Part shown: positions 9,889 through 19,975 of the stretch, in pieces
How positions within the stretch are numbered: the stretch's first letter is position 1
Layout of the letters: each line of letters opens with the position of its first letter
Source: an uncultured archaeon
Lineage (GTDB): Archaea; Asgardarchaeota; Lokiarchaeia; Sigyniarchaeales; SOKP01
Direction: 5' to 3'
NCBI GenBank assembly: GCA_964486045.1
Contig: CAZALK010000006.1
Location: forward strand, 96,001-160,000
DNA: 64,000 nucleotides
The notes under the pieces: generated by a model
The model's input: the letters and a program-made list of their open reading frames with translations, nothing else
What the model was told of the DNA's origin: nothing
The model's database searches: none
Program-made: the position numbers and the translations under genes

Positions 9889-11616
9889 CTATGCCTCTTT
9901 CATATCTTTAGCTTTCTCTAAAAATATGTCAAGAGTCCTCCTTATCTCCCTCTTATTAAATTTCCCAACACTCGTTCTAGGGATGTCATCAACAATTGCT
10001 ATTAATTTAGGTAACATCCATTTTGTTATCTTTCCTTTTTCTACTCCCTCAGTAATAAGGAAATTTATCAAGTCTTCTTCATTTTTGTCAGAATTAGGGA
10101 CAAGTTTCACAACGGCCATAGCTTTTTCTCCCCATACTTCATCGGGGACTCCTACTACAGTTGCTTCAAGGACAAAGTCGGCCATAGCAACTAAGTTTTC
10201 TAGTAACACTGTGGGTACCATCTCGGCTCCACTTCTGATGATATCTGATATCCTATCTGCGATTACTATAAAATCTTCTTCATCAACTTTTGCCAAATCC
10301 CCGGTGTGAAACCAACCATCGTACCATACCTCAGCCGTTTTTTCAGGATTTTTATAATATTTTTCCATAACCCAGGGACCCCGAATAACTATCTGACCCA
10401 GAGATTCATTATCATGGGGGATTGGTTTTCCATTCTCATCAATAACTTCGACTTCAAGTCCTGGTAGAGGTAACCCCGTCTTTACTCTGACTTCATCCAA
10501 TTTTTCTTTAGACCAGTTTCTCATATACTTCTTTATAAAAGCCGTAACTGTTGTTGGTGCTGTTTCAGTCATACCATACCCCGAACTTGCTGTAAATCCA
10601 GGAATCTTCTTTTCGATCTTGGTTTTTAGCCCTAATGGTAGAGCACCCCCACCAACACCAACCTGTACAAGACTACTCAAATCGTATTTATCCAGATCTT
10701 TATACTCAAGGAGTAGTGCTAAAATCGTTGGAACTACACCAACACTTGTTACTTTCTCTGTTTGTACCAACTCGCAGAATCCCTCAACAGTAAACGTGCC
10801 AGGAAGTACTATTTTTGCTGCTATAAAAACTTGGCTGAAAGGTGTACCCCACCCATGGATGTGAAATAGAGGTGTTATCATCAAAGGGATTCTATTCTCT
10901 CCAAGATGTATATATGAGGGATCATTACTAAAACCACCATAAGCAATTACGTGTAATGTAAAAATGTAAAGAGCTCTATGGGTGAACATAGCACCTTTTG
11001 GAGTACCGGTGGTTCCAGTAGTATAACAGAGAGTAGCATAATTATCCTCACTTAAATAAGGCCAATTGTATTCATCAGATTCATTTTTAAGCAATTCTTC
11101 ATACTCGTAAAGGTTCTCTATCTTCGTGTCAGGCAATCCTGGTTTATCCGACATGTAAACGAAAAATTTTACAGTGTCTTTTATTTTATCGTAAATTTCT
11201 TCAAGCAAAGGAAGGAGTAAGTCGTCAAAAAATATGATTTTATCTTCAGCATGATTTACTGTAAAAATTATATGATCTGAAGCAAGCCTTATATTTATAG
11301 GATGAAGCATTGCACCACTACAAGGAGCAGCATAATAAAGCTCTAAATGCCTATGCGTGTTAAATGCCATTGTGGCAATCCTATCACCAGGTGATTCTGG
11401 ATTACCAGGTTTTACACCTAAAGTTTTTAAAGCATTTGCCAGACGACATGTACGTTTATACCATTCAACCCAAGTAAACCGATAATATTTGCCAGTTATA
11501 TGGTTTCTGTAGACCACACCTATTTCATTTGGATAAACTTTTACTGGTCTTTTCATAAACGTTGTAAGAAGTAACGGATAATGTGAACTATATTCGGGAT
11601 ATGTTTTATTTTCCAT
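9889..11616 (-). CDS. Long/medium-chain fatty-acid-CoA ligase
   Basis: YTTGTTGTPKG, GYGMTET, WFHTGD; ANL family. Confidence 0.9.
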   Translation of the reverse strand: MENKTYPEYSSHYPLLLTTFMKRPVKVYPNEIGVVYRNHITGKYYRFTWVEWYKRTCRLANALKTLGVKPGNPESPGDRIATMAFNTHRHLELYYAAPCSGAMLHPINIRLASDHIIFTVNHAEDKIIFFDDLLLPLLEEIYDKIKDTVKFFVYMSDKPGLPDTKIENLYEYEELLKNESDEYNWPYLSEDNYATLCYTTGTTGTPKGAMFTHRALYIFTLHVIAYGGFSNDPSYIHLGENRIPLMITPLFHIHGWGTPFSQVFIAAKIVLPGTFTVEGFCELVQTEKVTSVGVVPTILALLLEYKDLDKYDLSSLVQVGVGGGALPLGLKTKIEKKIPGFTASSGYGMTETAPTTVTAFIKKYMRNWSKEKLDEVRVKTGLPLPGLEVEVIDENGKPIPHDNESLGQIVIRGPWVMEKYYKNPEKTAEVWYDGWFHTGDLAKVDEEDFIVIADRISDIIRSGAEMVPTVLLENLVAMADFVLEATVVGVPDEVWGEKAMAVVKLVPNSDKNEEDLINFLITEGVEKGKITKWMLPKLIAIVDDIPRTSVGKFNKREIRRTLDIFLEKAKDMKEA

Positions 11617-11780
11617 ATTTGATCTACATCTTTCTATTTTTTATTTCTTTTTACCTAGTTTCATAATTTATGATTTAGATCATAAAATTATTATTATTTT
11701 TATTTTAATCGATATTCTTTAACCAATATGATACATTGATTTGTTAAAAAAAAAGAAATAGTAATAAAAAACTTATAATA

Positions 11781-13502
11781 TTAGTGGATTTGTGTTTTTA
11801 ATTCCATATTTCTTAGCTCTTTTCTATCTATTTTGCGAACTGGAGTTCTTGGAAGTTCGTCAATAAATTCAACAATTCGAGGATATTTATATCCAGCCAT
11901 ACGTTCTTTACACCATTCAATAATGTCTTGTTCTGAGACATTATTATCCCTGTAATTTTCCTTTAAGACTACAAATGCTTTTATAGTTTCGCCTATATTC
12001 GGATCTGGGGCTGCTACTACCCCTGCTTCCAGAATTGCAGGATGTTCAACTAGTTTATATTCAACTTCAACAGGTAAGATTTTATATCCCTTGTATTTAA
12101 TCATGTCTTTTGAACGACCCTCTATATAAAAAAAGCCATCTTCATCAATTTTTCCAAGATCTCCAGTACGGAACCATATATTGCCGTCTTCTCGTTTTAC
12201 TAGTACATTAGAGGTAGCTTCTGGTCTCTTCCAATATCCTTTCATAATTTGTGGTCCTCTAATCCAGATCTCCCCAACCTCTCCTATTTTCACCTCCTTG
12301 TTCGTTACCGTATTTACTATAATAGAATCAGTGTCAATTGCTGGGGCTCCGATACTCCTTCGTTTGACTTTTGGCATCCAGGCCGCATTTCCATGTGTAA
12401 ATGGACTTGTTTCAGTGAGTCCATACCCTTGACCAACTTTAAGACCAGTAACTTGTTCCCATTTCTTATTAATTTCAGGAGATAACGCAGCAGAACCAGA
12501 ACTTGCACCAAGTAGACTTGAAATATCTCGCTTGGTAAAATCGGGGCTATTTACTAACATCTGATACATTGCAGGAACAGCACCAAAAAATCTAATTTTG
12601 TAAGATTCTATTGCTTCTAAAACTTTTGAAGGTTCAAACCGCAACATTACCATATGAATAGCCAAACAAAGCGAACGAATAAAGCCTGCAAACCCCATAG
12701 CATGGCATAAGGGTAATATTTGGAGTACTGTTAGCTTTCCGTAAATCAATGGCTCAAAAGCTTCACCCCCATTATATAAACCTTGAAGAATATTCATTAC
12801 TAAATTATTATGGGTTAACATTACGCCTTTTGGTAAACCCGTTGTTCCCCCAGTGAATAACATAGCAGCTAAGTCATTTTCCGGGTCAATATCCACATCA
12901 GGAGGTTTGGGAACTTTATTTTCTATAAATTCATCAAAAGAAGGGTAACCCTCTTTTCCTTCTTTTGTTCCGAGTAAAATGATATTATCTAATTTTGCAC
13001 CCTCTTTTATTGTTTTCTTAACCACTTTTAACAGATCTATATGGACAAAAATAGTGTTTATGTTTCCAGCTTCTCGAATTATGTGAGAAACATCTGATTC
13101 TTTAAGAAGTTTATTTATTGGAGAAACAGATGCCCCCGTTTCTAAAATACCCAGACTACAAAAAATAAATTCAGGATTATTCGGTGTGAATATCCCAACT
13201 GAATCACCCTTTTTAATCCCTAACTCCCATAAGGCATTTGCAACCCTATCTGAATAATTTAGCAACTCACGATATGTATATGTTATATCATTTTTTTTAA
13301 ATTCCACGCACACCTTGTCTAAATGATCTTTAATTCTTAATTTGATAAATTCATGCAAGGGAATCGGTTCTATCTTTATTGTCTTCGGTAACTTTTGAGA
13401 TTTAGCAGCGTATCTATGTTTTAACCATGGTCTGTTAGGATTAACCCAGGGAGAATCATTTTCATAATCTAAAAATGGTTTCCAATTTGAATAATCTTTC
13501 AT
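11781..13502 (-). CDS. Long-chain fatty-acid-CoA ligase (FadD-like)
   Basis: FTGGTTGLPKG, GYGLTETSP, FRTGDLG, YKYPRIVEF. Confidence 0.9.
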   Translation of the reverse strand: MKDYSNWKPFLDYENDSPWVNPNRPWLKHRYAAKSQKLPKTIKIEPIPLHEFIKLRIKDHLDKVCVEFKKNDITYTYRELLNYSDRVANALWELGIKKGDSVGIFTPNNPEFIFCSLGILETGASVSPINKLLKESDVSHIIREAGNINTIFVHIDLLKVVKKTIKEGAKLDNIILLGTKEGKEGYPSFDEFIENKVPKPPDVDIDPENDLAAMLFTGGTTGLPKGVMLTHNNLVMNILQGLYNGGEAFEPLIYGKLTVLQILPLCHAMGFAGFIRSLCLAIHMVMLRFEPSKVLEAIESYKIRFFGAVPAMYQMLVNSPDFTKRDISSLLGASSGSAALSPEINKKWEQVTGLKVGQGYGLTETSPFTHGNAAWMPKVKRRSIGAPAIDTDSIIVNTVTNKEVKIGEVGEIWIRGPQIMKGYWKRPEATSNVLVKREDGNIWFRTGDLGKIDEDGFFYIEGRSKDMIKYKGYKILPVEVEYKLVEHPAILEAGVVAAPDPNIGETIKAFVVLKENYRDNNVSEQDIIEWCKERMAGYKYPRIVEFIDELPRTPVRKIDRKELRNMELKTQIH

Positions 13503-13765
13503 TTAAACCATTAAATTTTTTTTTATTTAGTTTTCATGATTTTTTAGTTTGTTATAAATCAATGATTATATTAAATTTAAACCTTATTGCTTAAAAAATT
13601 AGAATTTTTCTACATCTTCCGATTATTAACCTCACTACTAAGATGAAAAGAAGCAATTTGAACCAAAATTGTTTAGTTAGATTGTAAATTTAAACTTGAT
13701 TTTCAGAGAAAGCTTAAAATAGCTATTTAATCTCGAAAAATTTAATAAAAAAAAAGTAATGATAT

Positions 13766-14653
13766 TTATCTTTTTTCTTGAAACACTATTTCTACTTTTT
13801 TAGATATTCCAAATTTCTCTGCCCATTTTCTCACATAATTAATTCTGTGTTTTTTTGTGATATCTAGAAGTATAAATGCGGGAATTGCTGCGATTGATAA
13901 AAAAAACATAATGGGTAATAAAAGAATTAGGTTTATTATGAGAGCAATTAAATCACTACCTCCTGTAAATTCGGTAATGTATGTTGATATCAATTGATAA
14001 TATGAAAAAATTACCGCAATCCCTGCGTAACCTTTTAAAAGATACATATACCACCCACCTACAGATCTCCCTATGATAGGATTGTCAAGTTGTTTTGTCT
14101 CTACTCTTTCTTGATTACTATAGACGATTCCCGCATCTGAAAGAAACCAAACAGGAGAAAATAATGCCCATGCGATAATATTAGTAATTGTTAATATTAC
14201 GGTAAAAGCGATTATTAAGATAACGCTTGGCATTTCGCTGACATCTCCAATATCATGTACAACCGCATTAGCTATAGTAGTGTTTAATGCAAACATCAAA
14301 GAGAAATTAATTGCCATTAAAGCTGGAAAAATTCCTTTAAATATACTTTTAAATTTCGGCGATTCACGATTATCTTGAATTCCATAACTCATCTTTATTC
14401 CAATTGTTTTCTTATGAAAAAACAGAAATAATGGTGATAAAATGTATCCAGCAAATAGACCACCTACTATAATCCCAAGAGGCCAGAAAACAAGGAATAG
14501 AAGAATAATTTCAACAAACCTTACTCCTGGCAAAAGAAGTGAAAAGTCTTGAGAGCTTCGAGAAGGATTGATTATTATAAATATTATTACGACAAAAATA
14601 GCAAAAATAGCCAATACGATAAGTGATTTTTTATATTTAGAAATTCCCACCAT
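13766..14653 (-). CDS. Multi-pass membrane protein of unknown function
   Basis: 295-aa ORF with about 6 hydrophobic segments. Confidence 0.7.
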   Translation of the reverse strand: MVGISKYKKSLIVLAIFAIFVVIIFIIINPSRSSQDFSLLLPGVRFVEIILLFLVFWPLGIIVGGLFAGYILSPLFLFFHKKTIGIKMSYGIQDNRESPKFKSIFKGIFPALMAINFSLMFALNTTIANAVVHDIGDVSEMPSVILIIAFTVILTITNIIAWALFSPVWFLSDAGIVYSNQERVETKQLDNPIIGRSVGGWYMYLLKGYAGIAVIFSYYQLISTYITEFTGGSDLIALIINLILLLPIMFFLSIAAIPAFILLDITKKHRINYVRKWAEKFGISKKVEIVFQEKR

Positions 14654-14754
14654 TTAATTTCAACCAAAATGTTAGGTATTTATTATTATGTCTATGAAAA
14701 ATTTAAAGATTGTTTAATAAAATGAAAATTTTATAATACAGAAAAAAAGTAGAA

Positions 14755-17022
14755 TTATTGTTTTGACATTTCTGCACGAAATTTATCTTCAGCATCTATA
14801 TGTGTATCTGCTGGTTTTTTATAGCGAGGTAGCTTAATATTTATTTTTTTTATAATACCAGTAAAATCAAAAGGTGATTTATAGTCATCTGTGATGGGCG
14901 ATAGACTATTTCTCCCAATATCAAATCCTGTTGATGATATCATACGCATTATATATGAAACATTAATCGACCCGCAATCTTTATCATTTATAGTAAGTCT
15001 AATTGTGCCTCTCCTTCCTTTTCGTTCAAAATTTACTCCAAGTCTGCATTCTCCAGTTGGAACTATAGTATCAGAACGCACAATGTGATGATCTGTGAAG
15101 ATATTATAGTCAAATACAGAATAATTGTCTTTAATATACCAAACATATCCACAATTCTGAGTTCCCATCGCAACAATTACTCCTGCATCTATTTCACTAG
15201 ATCTCTCAATATTTGCTGTCATTATCCAGCTTCGATTTCCAACAGCAGGAGAGACTTCGGCGGGTAAATGAGCAATTGGAGGAAAATAGGTATATTCTCG
15301 GTGTGCATGAGGGGATCCAAGTTCAAATCTAACCCCAAATAGTTCACCTCTCCTATCATCTAAGGGTAGCACCCCGTGTTTACCAGCTTCAACCCACCAG
15401 AGGTCAATTAGCTTCCTCAACTTTTTAGGATGCTTCTCAGCTAGATTATTGCATTCTGAAAAATCCTCGCGTAGGTTATAAAGCTCCCACTCTTCATCAT
15501 CATATGGTTGTCCCTGTCTATGGACTGTTACAGCCTTCCAACCATCAACCCAGATACCACGATTGCCAAACATCTCAAAATATTGAATGTTCTTTTGAGA
15601 CTTTTCATTAGGATTATTGAAAGTATAAACCATTGATGTACCTGATATTGGTATTTGATTATATCCTCTATATATTGAAGGTGGTTCAATTTTGAGGATA
15701 TCAAGGATTGTCGGTGCGATATCTGTTATATAATGGAATTGGTTGCGCATCCCACCCTGACTTTTAATCTGCTTTGGCCAATGGATAATTAATGGATCAC
15801 GAACACCACCCCCAAAAATATGTGATTTATACCATTTAAGAGGTGTATTACCTACTTGTGCCCATCCCCAAGGAATGTTGGTGTGACTTCGAGGTCCACC
15901 AATATCATCCAATCTATCTTGTATGGCATCTACGTCCTCCGATACGGCATTAAAGTATTTAAACTCATCCATTACTCCAGTAGGTCCCCCTTCCATGCTT
16001 GCACCATTGTCAGCCAATAATATAATAAGAGTGTTATCTAATTCGTCTATCTCCTCAAGAAAAGAGATAAGCCTTCCAATTTGATGATCGGTGTGATCAA
16101 GAAATGCTGCGAAAACTTCTTGAAGTCTTAAAGCAAATTTTTTCATATTCTCTGACAATTCATCCCAAGGTTGTACTCCAGGATTACGAGGGGCAAGTTC
16201 GGTTTCAGGTGGGATAATACCCTGTCGGATTTGCCTTTCATACCATTCTTTTCGAAGAATATCCCACCCTGCATCAAATCGACCTTGATATTTTTCAATA
16301 AACTCTTTTGGTGCTTGATGTGGTGCATGCGTTGCACCAGTTGCTAGATAGAGAAAGAATGGCTGATCAGGTCTTATTGATTTTTGGTCCCGTATGAATT
16401 GAATAGATTTGTCAATGAAATCCTCAGTAACATGATATCCTTCTTCAGGACTGTAAGGTGGATCGATAGGATGATTATCATAGGTTAACTCAGGATAAAA
16501 TTGATCAGTTTCACCTTGCATAAATCCATAAAATCGATTAAATCCACGTTGAAGAGGCCAATGGTCAAATGGTCCTGCAACTGATGCATGTTCCATAGGA
16601 GCTAGATGCCATTTACCAACAGCCATGGTAGCATAACCTTCGTCACGTAAGATTTCTGCCAAGGTAGCTGTATGTGGAGTGATATATCCTCGCATATTAG
16701 GAAAACCAGGATTAAAATTGGAAATAGCTCGCATGCCTACAGTGTGATGATTACGTCCGGTTAATAAACAAGCGCGTGTAGGAGAACATAAAGCTGTAGT
16801 ATGAAAATTAGTGTATTGTAAACCACCTTCAGCTAGACGATCAAAAGTGGGAGTTTCAATGCTAGAACCATAACAACCAAAATGGGCAAAACCAGTATCA
16901 TCAAGCAGGATTATAATCACATTTGGGCTACTGTCCCCTATTCGCTTCGGAGTAGGCCACCAAGGAGTTGAATCATTATGGGTACGACCAATTTTACCCT
17001 CAAATTTTTCATATTTATTCAC
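14755..17022 (-). CDS. Arylsulfatase (formylglycine-dependent)
   Basis: LLDD, CSPTRACLLTG (CxPxR), GKWHL motifs. Confidence 0.92.
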   Translation of the reverse strand: MNKYEKFEGKIGRTHNDSTPWWPTPKRIGDSSPNVIIILLDDTGFAHFGCYGSSIETPTFDRLAEGGLQYTNFHTTALCSPTRACLLTGRNHHTVGMRAISNFNPGFPNMRGYITPHTATLAEILRDEGYATMAVGKWHLAPMEHASVAGPFDHWPLQRGFNRFYGFMQGETDQFYPELTYDNHPIDPPYSPEEGYHVTEDFIDKSIQFIRDQKSIRPDQPFFLYLATGATHAPHQAPKEFIEKYQGRFDAGWDILRKEWYERQIRQGIIPPETELAPRNPGVQPWDELSENMKKFALRLQEVFAAFLDHTDHQIGRLISFLEEIDELDNTLIILLADNGASMEGGPTGVMDEFKYFNAVSEDVDAIQDRLDDIGGPRSHTNIPWGWAQVGNTPLKWYKSHIFGGGVRDPLIIHWPKQIKSQGGMRNQFHYITDIAPTILDILKIEPPSIYRGYNQIPISGTSMVYTFNNPNEKSQKNIQYFEMFGNRGIWVDGWKAVTVHRQGQPYDDEEWELYNLREDFSECNNLAEKHPKKLRKLIDLWWVEAGKHGVLPLDDRRGELFGVRFELGSPHAHREYTYFPPIAHLPAEVSPAVGNRSWIMTANIERSSEIDAGVIVAMGTQNCGYVWYIKDNYSVFDYNIFTDHHIVRSDTIVPTGECRLGVNFERKGRRGTIRLTINDKDCGSINVSYIMRMISSTGFDIGRNSLSPITDDYKSPFDFTGIIKKINIKLPRYKKPADTHIDAEDKFRAEMSKQ

Positions 17023-17220
17023 AATAATTTACCCTTTTTGTATCATATCAATATACTCAAAACATATGAAATTTTATAAAACTATTACTATTTTTTACTG
17101 AATTTTTTATTAAACTTTTATTTCTTAAAAACTTTAAAATGTGTGTATTCATCCTAAATTCTTTAATTAGATAGATGATTATCTTGCGTATATATTAAGT
17201 TTAAAAAATTGATTTAAATC

Positions 17221-17313
17221 ATGTTCGCGAAACCAAAGAAAATTGGGAACTTACAAATTAAAAATAGGTTTGTAAGATCTGCAACTTATGAAGGTTTAGC
17301 TGCTGAGAACTGA
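17221..17313 (+). pseudogene. N-terminal relic of an NADH:flavin oxidoreductase (Old Yellow Enzyme family)
   Basis: MFAKPKKIGNLQIKNRFVRSATYEGLAAEN* matches the family N-terminus; no downstream continuation. Confidence 0.7.
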
Positions 17314-17403
17314 ACTTCTCCTAAATATTCCTTCAGAAAAATTAGATCAAATTTTAATTTTAAATTTAAACCAAATAAAAAATGGGTGTCTCCGACTGGA
17401 AAA

Positions 17404-17431
17404 TTTTTTAGGGCTTTTATGCCCTAAAAAA
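17404..17431. terminator. Perfect 11-bp hairpin with T/A tails, possible bidirectional terminator
   Basis: TTTTTTAGGGC-TTTTAT-GCCCTAAAAAA. Confidence 0.4.
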
Positions 17432-17578
17432 GCAGAATCATAAAGATAAAAGTCTGATATTAAAGATATTTCGACCTAATTGTATTATTATTTGAGTTTT
17501 CTGATTTTCTAAAAGTAAGTTTTGGAAATGAATTTATCATTTAATAATTTAGAATATACCCTAAAATTTGCTAAAATT

Positions 17579-19027
17579 TTATTGAATTTTGTTAATAGAA
17601 AGATTAAATTTGGTTTTTATTACTACTGGTAATGTAAAATTAAAAGTAGATCCTTTATTTCTTCCCTTAGATTCAACCCAAATTACGCCACTATGCAATT
17701 CAAGAATTTTTTTTGAAATATATAATCCTAAACCAGAACCTTCGGAGATTACATCTAATCCCTGTCCATAACGTTCAATCTTCCCAAATTGTTTAAATAT
17801 CTTTTCCATTTCTCCTTTAGTTATGCCAATTCCAGTATCCACAATTGAAATTTTAATAAAATCATCTTGAAATTCAGAATTAATTTCAATAACTCCCTCT
17901 GGGGGGGTATATTTTATGGCATTATTTAATAAATTATTTATAACCTGATGAATAAGTTCTTTTTCAATACTTACCTTTAAGTTATTGTGAATTTTTAAAT
18001 TAATTGTAATGTTCCTCAGTTTTGCTAACCCTTGGGACTCTCTTACACTCAATTTTATAAGAAAGGATAGATCTTCCTCTGTTTTTTTCAGTTGAATTGC
18101 GCCAGATTCTAATTCGGATGTTTTTAGAATATCGTGTATAAGACTTTCAAGTCGTTCGCATCCAAGTTTGATTTCATTAATTGTTTCTAAAACGTAATCG
18201 TCTAATTTTTCCTTATGTGCATATAATAAGAGATCGGAAAAACCTTTTATCGATACTAATGGAGTTTTTAATTCATGGGAAATTCTTCTGAGAATTTCTG
18301 ATTTTAAATTGTTAAGTTTTATTAATTCTTGTTCAGCTTCTTTTTTTTCCGTAATATCCATAATGGTTACTAATTCTGAGGGTTTTTCTTTAAAAATTAT
18401 AGATCTCGAGAATTGGTCAATCCACTTTAATTTTTTTGATTTTGTGAATATTCTATAGGTATAATATGGTTGGATGTTAGGATCATCGATTCTTAATTTT
18501 TGGTAATAATCTTGTAATATTGGTAAATCATCAGGATGAATTATTTGAAGTAATTCTTTTTTTGACCACCTAATAACATCTTCATATGAGTATTCAAATA
18601 TTTGTAGTAATGTATTATTTGCATACTTAACATTTTCATCTTGAATAACAAAAATCCCCATAAATGATTGTTCCGCTATTGTTCTAAAATTTTCTACTGA
18701 TTCTCTAATTTCTTTTTCAGTGAGTTTCATCATTTTTATATTTCTTGAGAGCTTTTCTTGCTTTTTTTTATAATTTTTTATTTTTCGTTCTAATTTAATT
18801 TTTTCCATGATACTAAAATAAGAAGTATTTGACATTTCTAATAAATAAATCAAGGGAATTATTATAAAAAAGGCCATGCTAAAAGCTCGAAAAATATTGT
18901 ATAACTCGATTTCATAATTAAATCCCTCAAAAAAGGCATAAAAAGTCAGCATTATAATCGACAATGCTGTGACCCGAGAAATTCTTGGATCGATAGAAAT
19001 TAACTCTTTTTTTGCATGCCATTTCAA
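17579..19027 (-). CDS. Membrane PAS histidine kinase (probably the C-terminal part of a frameshifted gene)
   Basis: TM helices, PAS, SHELKTPL H-box, NLLNNAIKY, DTGIG, GSGLGL. Confidence 0.85.
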   Translation of the reverse strand: MKWHAKKELISIDPRISRVTALSIIMLTFYAFFEGFNYEIELYNIFRAFSMAFFIIIPLIYLLEMSNTSYFSIMEKIKLERKIKNYKKKQEKLSRNIKMMKLTEKEIRESVENFRTIAEQSFMGIFVIQDENVKYANNTLLQIFEYSYEDVIRWSKKELLQIIHPDDLPILQDYYQKLRIDDPNIQPYYTYRIFTKSKKLKWIDQFSRSIIFKEKPSELVTIMDITEKKEAEQELIKLNNLKSEILRRISHELKTPLVSIKGFSDLLLYAHKEKLDDYVLETINEIKLGCERLESLIHDILKTSELESGAIQLKKTEEDLSFLIKLSVRESQGLAKLRNITINLKIHNNLKVSIEKELIHQVINNLLNNAIKYTPPEGVIEINSEFQDDFIKISIVDTGIGITKGEMEKIFKQFGKIERYGQGLDVISEGSGLGLYISKKILELHSGVIWVESKGRNKGSTFNFTLPVVIKTKFNLSINKIQ

Positions 19028-19509
19028 ATAAATAAAGTAAGGAAAGTAGCAATGATTGCTATGAATGATAGAAAAAATCCTTGAAAAAATCTAAAAGAGG
19101 TTGATTGAAACAAACCAAAATTTAGAACCATGTTACTTAAAGACTCAATTGCCTCATCAGGAACAACAAAAATGAAATAACTTACTGTTGTCACTCCGAT
19201 TATAGAGGTTAATTTCCCAAATGGTTTAGCAATGGCTCCATTAAATTCAATTACAGCTGCTAGTAATGAAAAAGCACCTAGAACAGCAGTAAATGTTTCA
19301 ATACGTTCTAATAGAATAGATTCTTGAATTTGATGGAAAAATTCCATAAATTCATGTAACCCATGAAATATAGGAAAAAGCCCAAATAAAATTGTATTAG
19401 GTACTTCTCTTTTATTACCTAGATAAATTACGGTAATCCCACAAATAACCATAACTGTACCAATTATAATTAGGAGAAAACTCATGAGTTTAGTATATAA
19501 ATCAACCAC
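19024..19509 (-). CDS. Membrane sensor domain (probably the N-terminal part of the adjacent kinase)
   Basis: Multi-TM ORF with HGLHEF; 4-nt overlap with the kinase ORF in a TTTA tandem tract. Confidence 0.65.
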   Translation of the reverse strand: MVDLYTKLMSFLLIIIGTVMVICGITVIYLGNKREVPNTILFGLFPIFHGLHEFMEFFHQIQESILLERIETFTAVLGAFSLLAAVIEFNGAIAKPFGKLTSIIGVTTVSYFIFVVPDEAIESLSNMVLNFGLFQSTSFRFFQGFFLSFIAIIATFLTLFI

Positions 19510-19810
19510 ATTTTTGCATAAGTGGTCTTTTGATTTTTTGACTTTTTTATGAAAAAATTATATCATTTTTCATATTTAAAACTTGCCCTCTCCCAATTAA
19601 ATTCTACCTTACAAGTAAAAAATAGGATGGAAGCCTACGTTTATACTATAAAGTCGAATGTCGGTTAGAAAGTCGTGAGTTAATTTAATAATCTCAACTA
19701 TTTTATCTAAGTTTGACGAAAGAACTACTTAATGACCAATAATTATAATTTGTTAAGATTATATTTTACTAATTTTAAACTATACAAAATTAAGCGAGCT
19801 TCATTATATT

Positions 19811-19933
19811 ATGAAGAGCAAATTGATGTCTTTAGGAGATGCAATTTCTGCTTTTGTTCAAGATGGAGATTTAGTAGGATTGATGACTTTAGCTAAGACA
19901 AGTCTTTTATACCCAAAAAAAGAAGAATCCTAG
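19811..19933 (+). pseudogene. N-terminal relic of a CoA-transferase alpha subunit paralog
   Basis: MKSKLMSLGDAISAFVQDGDLVGL versus MVKSKLMNLKEAISTYVQDGDLIGI at 22408. Confidence 0.7.
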
Positions 19934-19975
19934 AAATTCTAAGGAACAACAAGTAAATCCTTAACTGTTCGAATA

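Noticed and set aside
17311-17426. Selenocysteine readthrough of the TGA ending the OYE relic
   Set aside because: The downstream frame is low-complexity and does not resemble the OYE continuation. No SECIS is evident.
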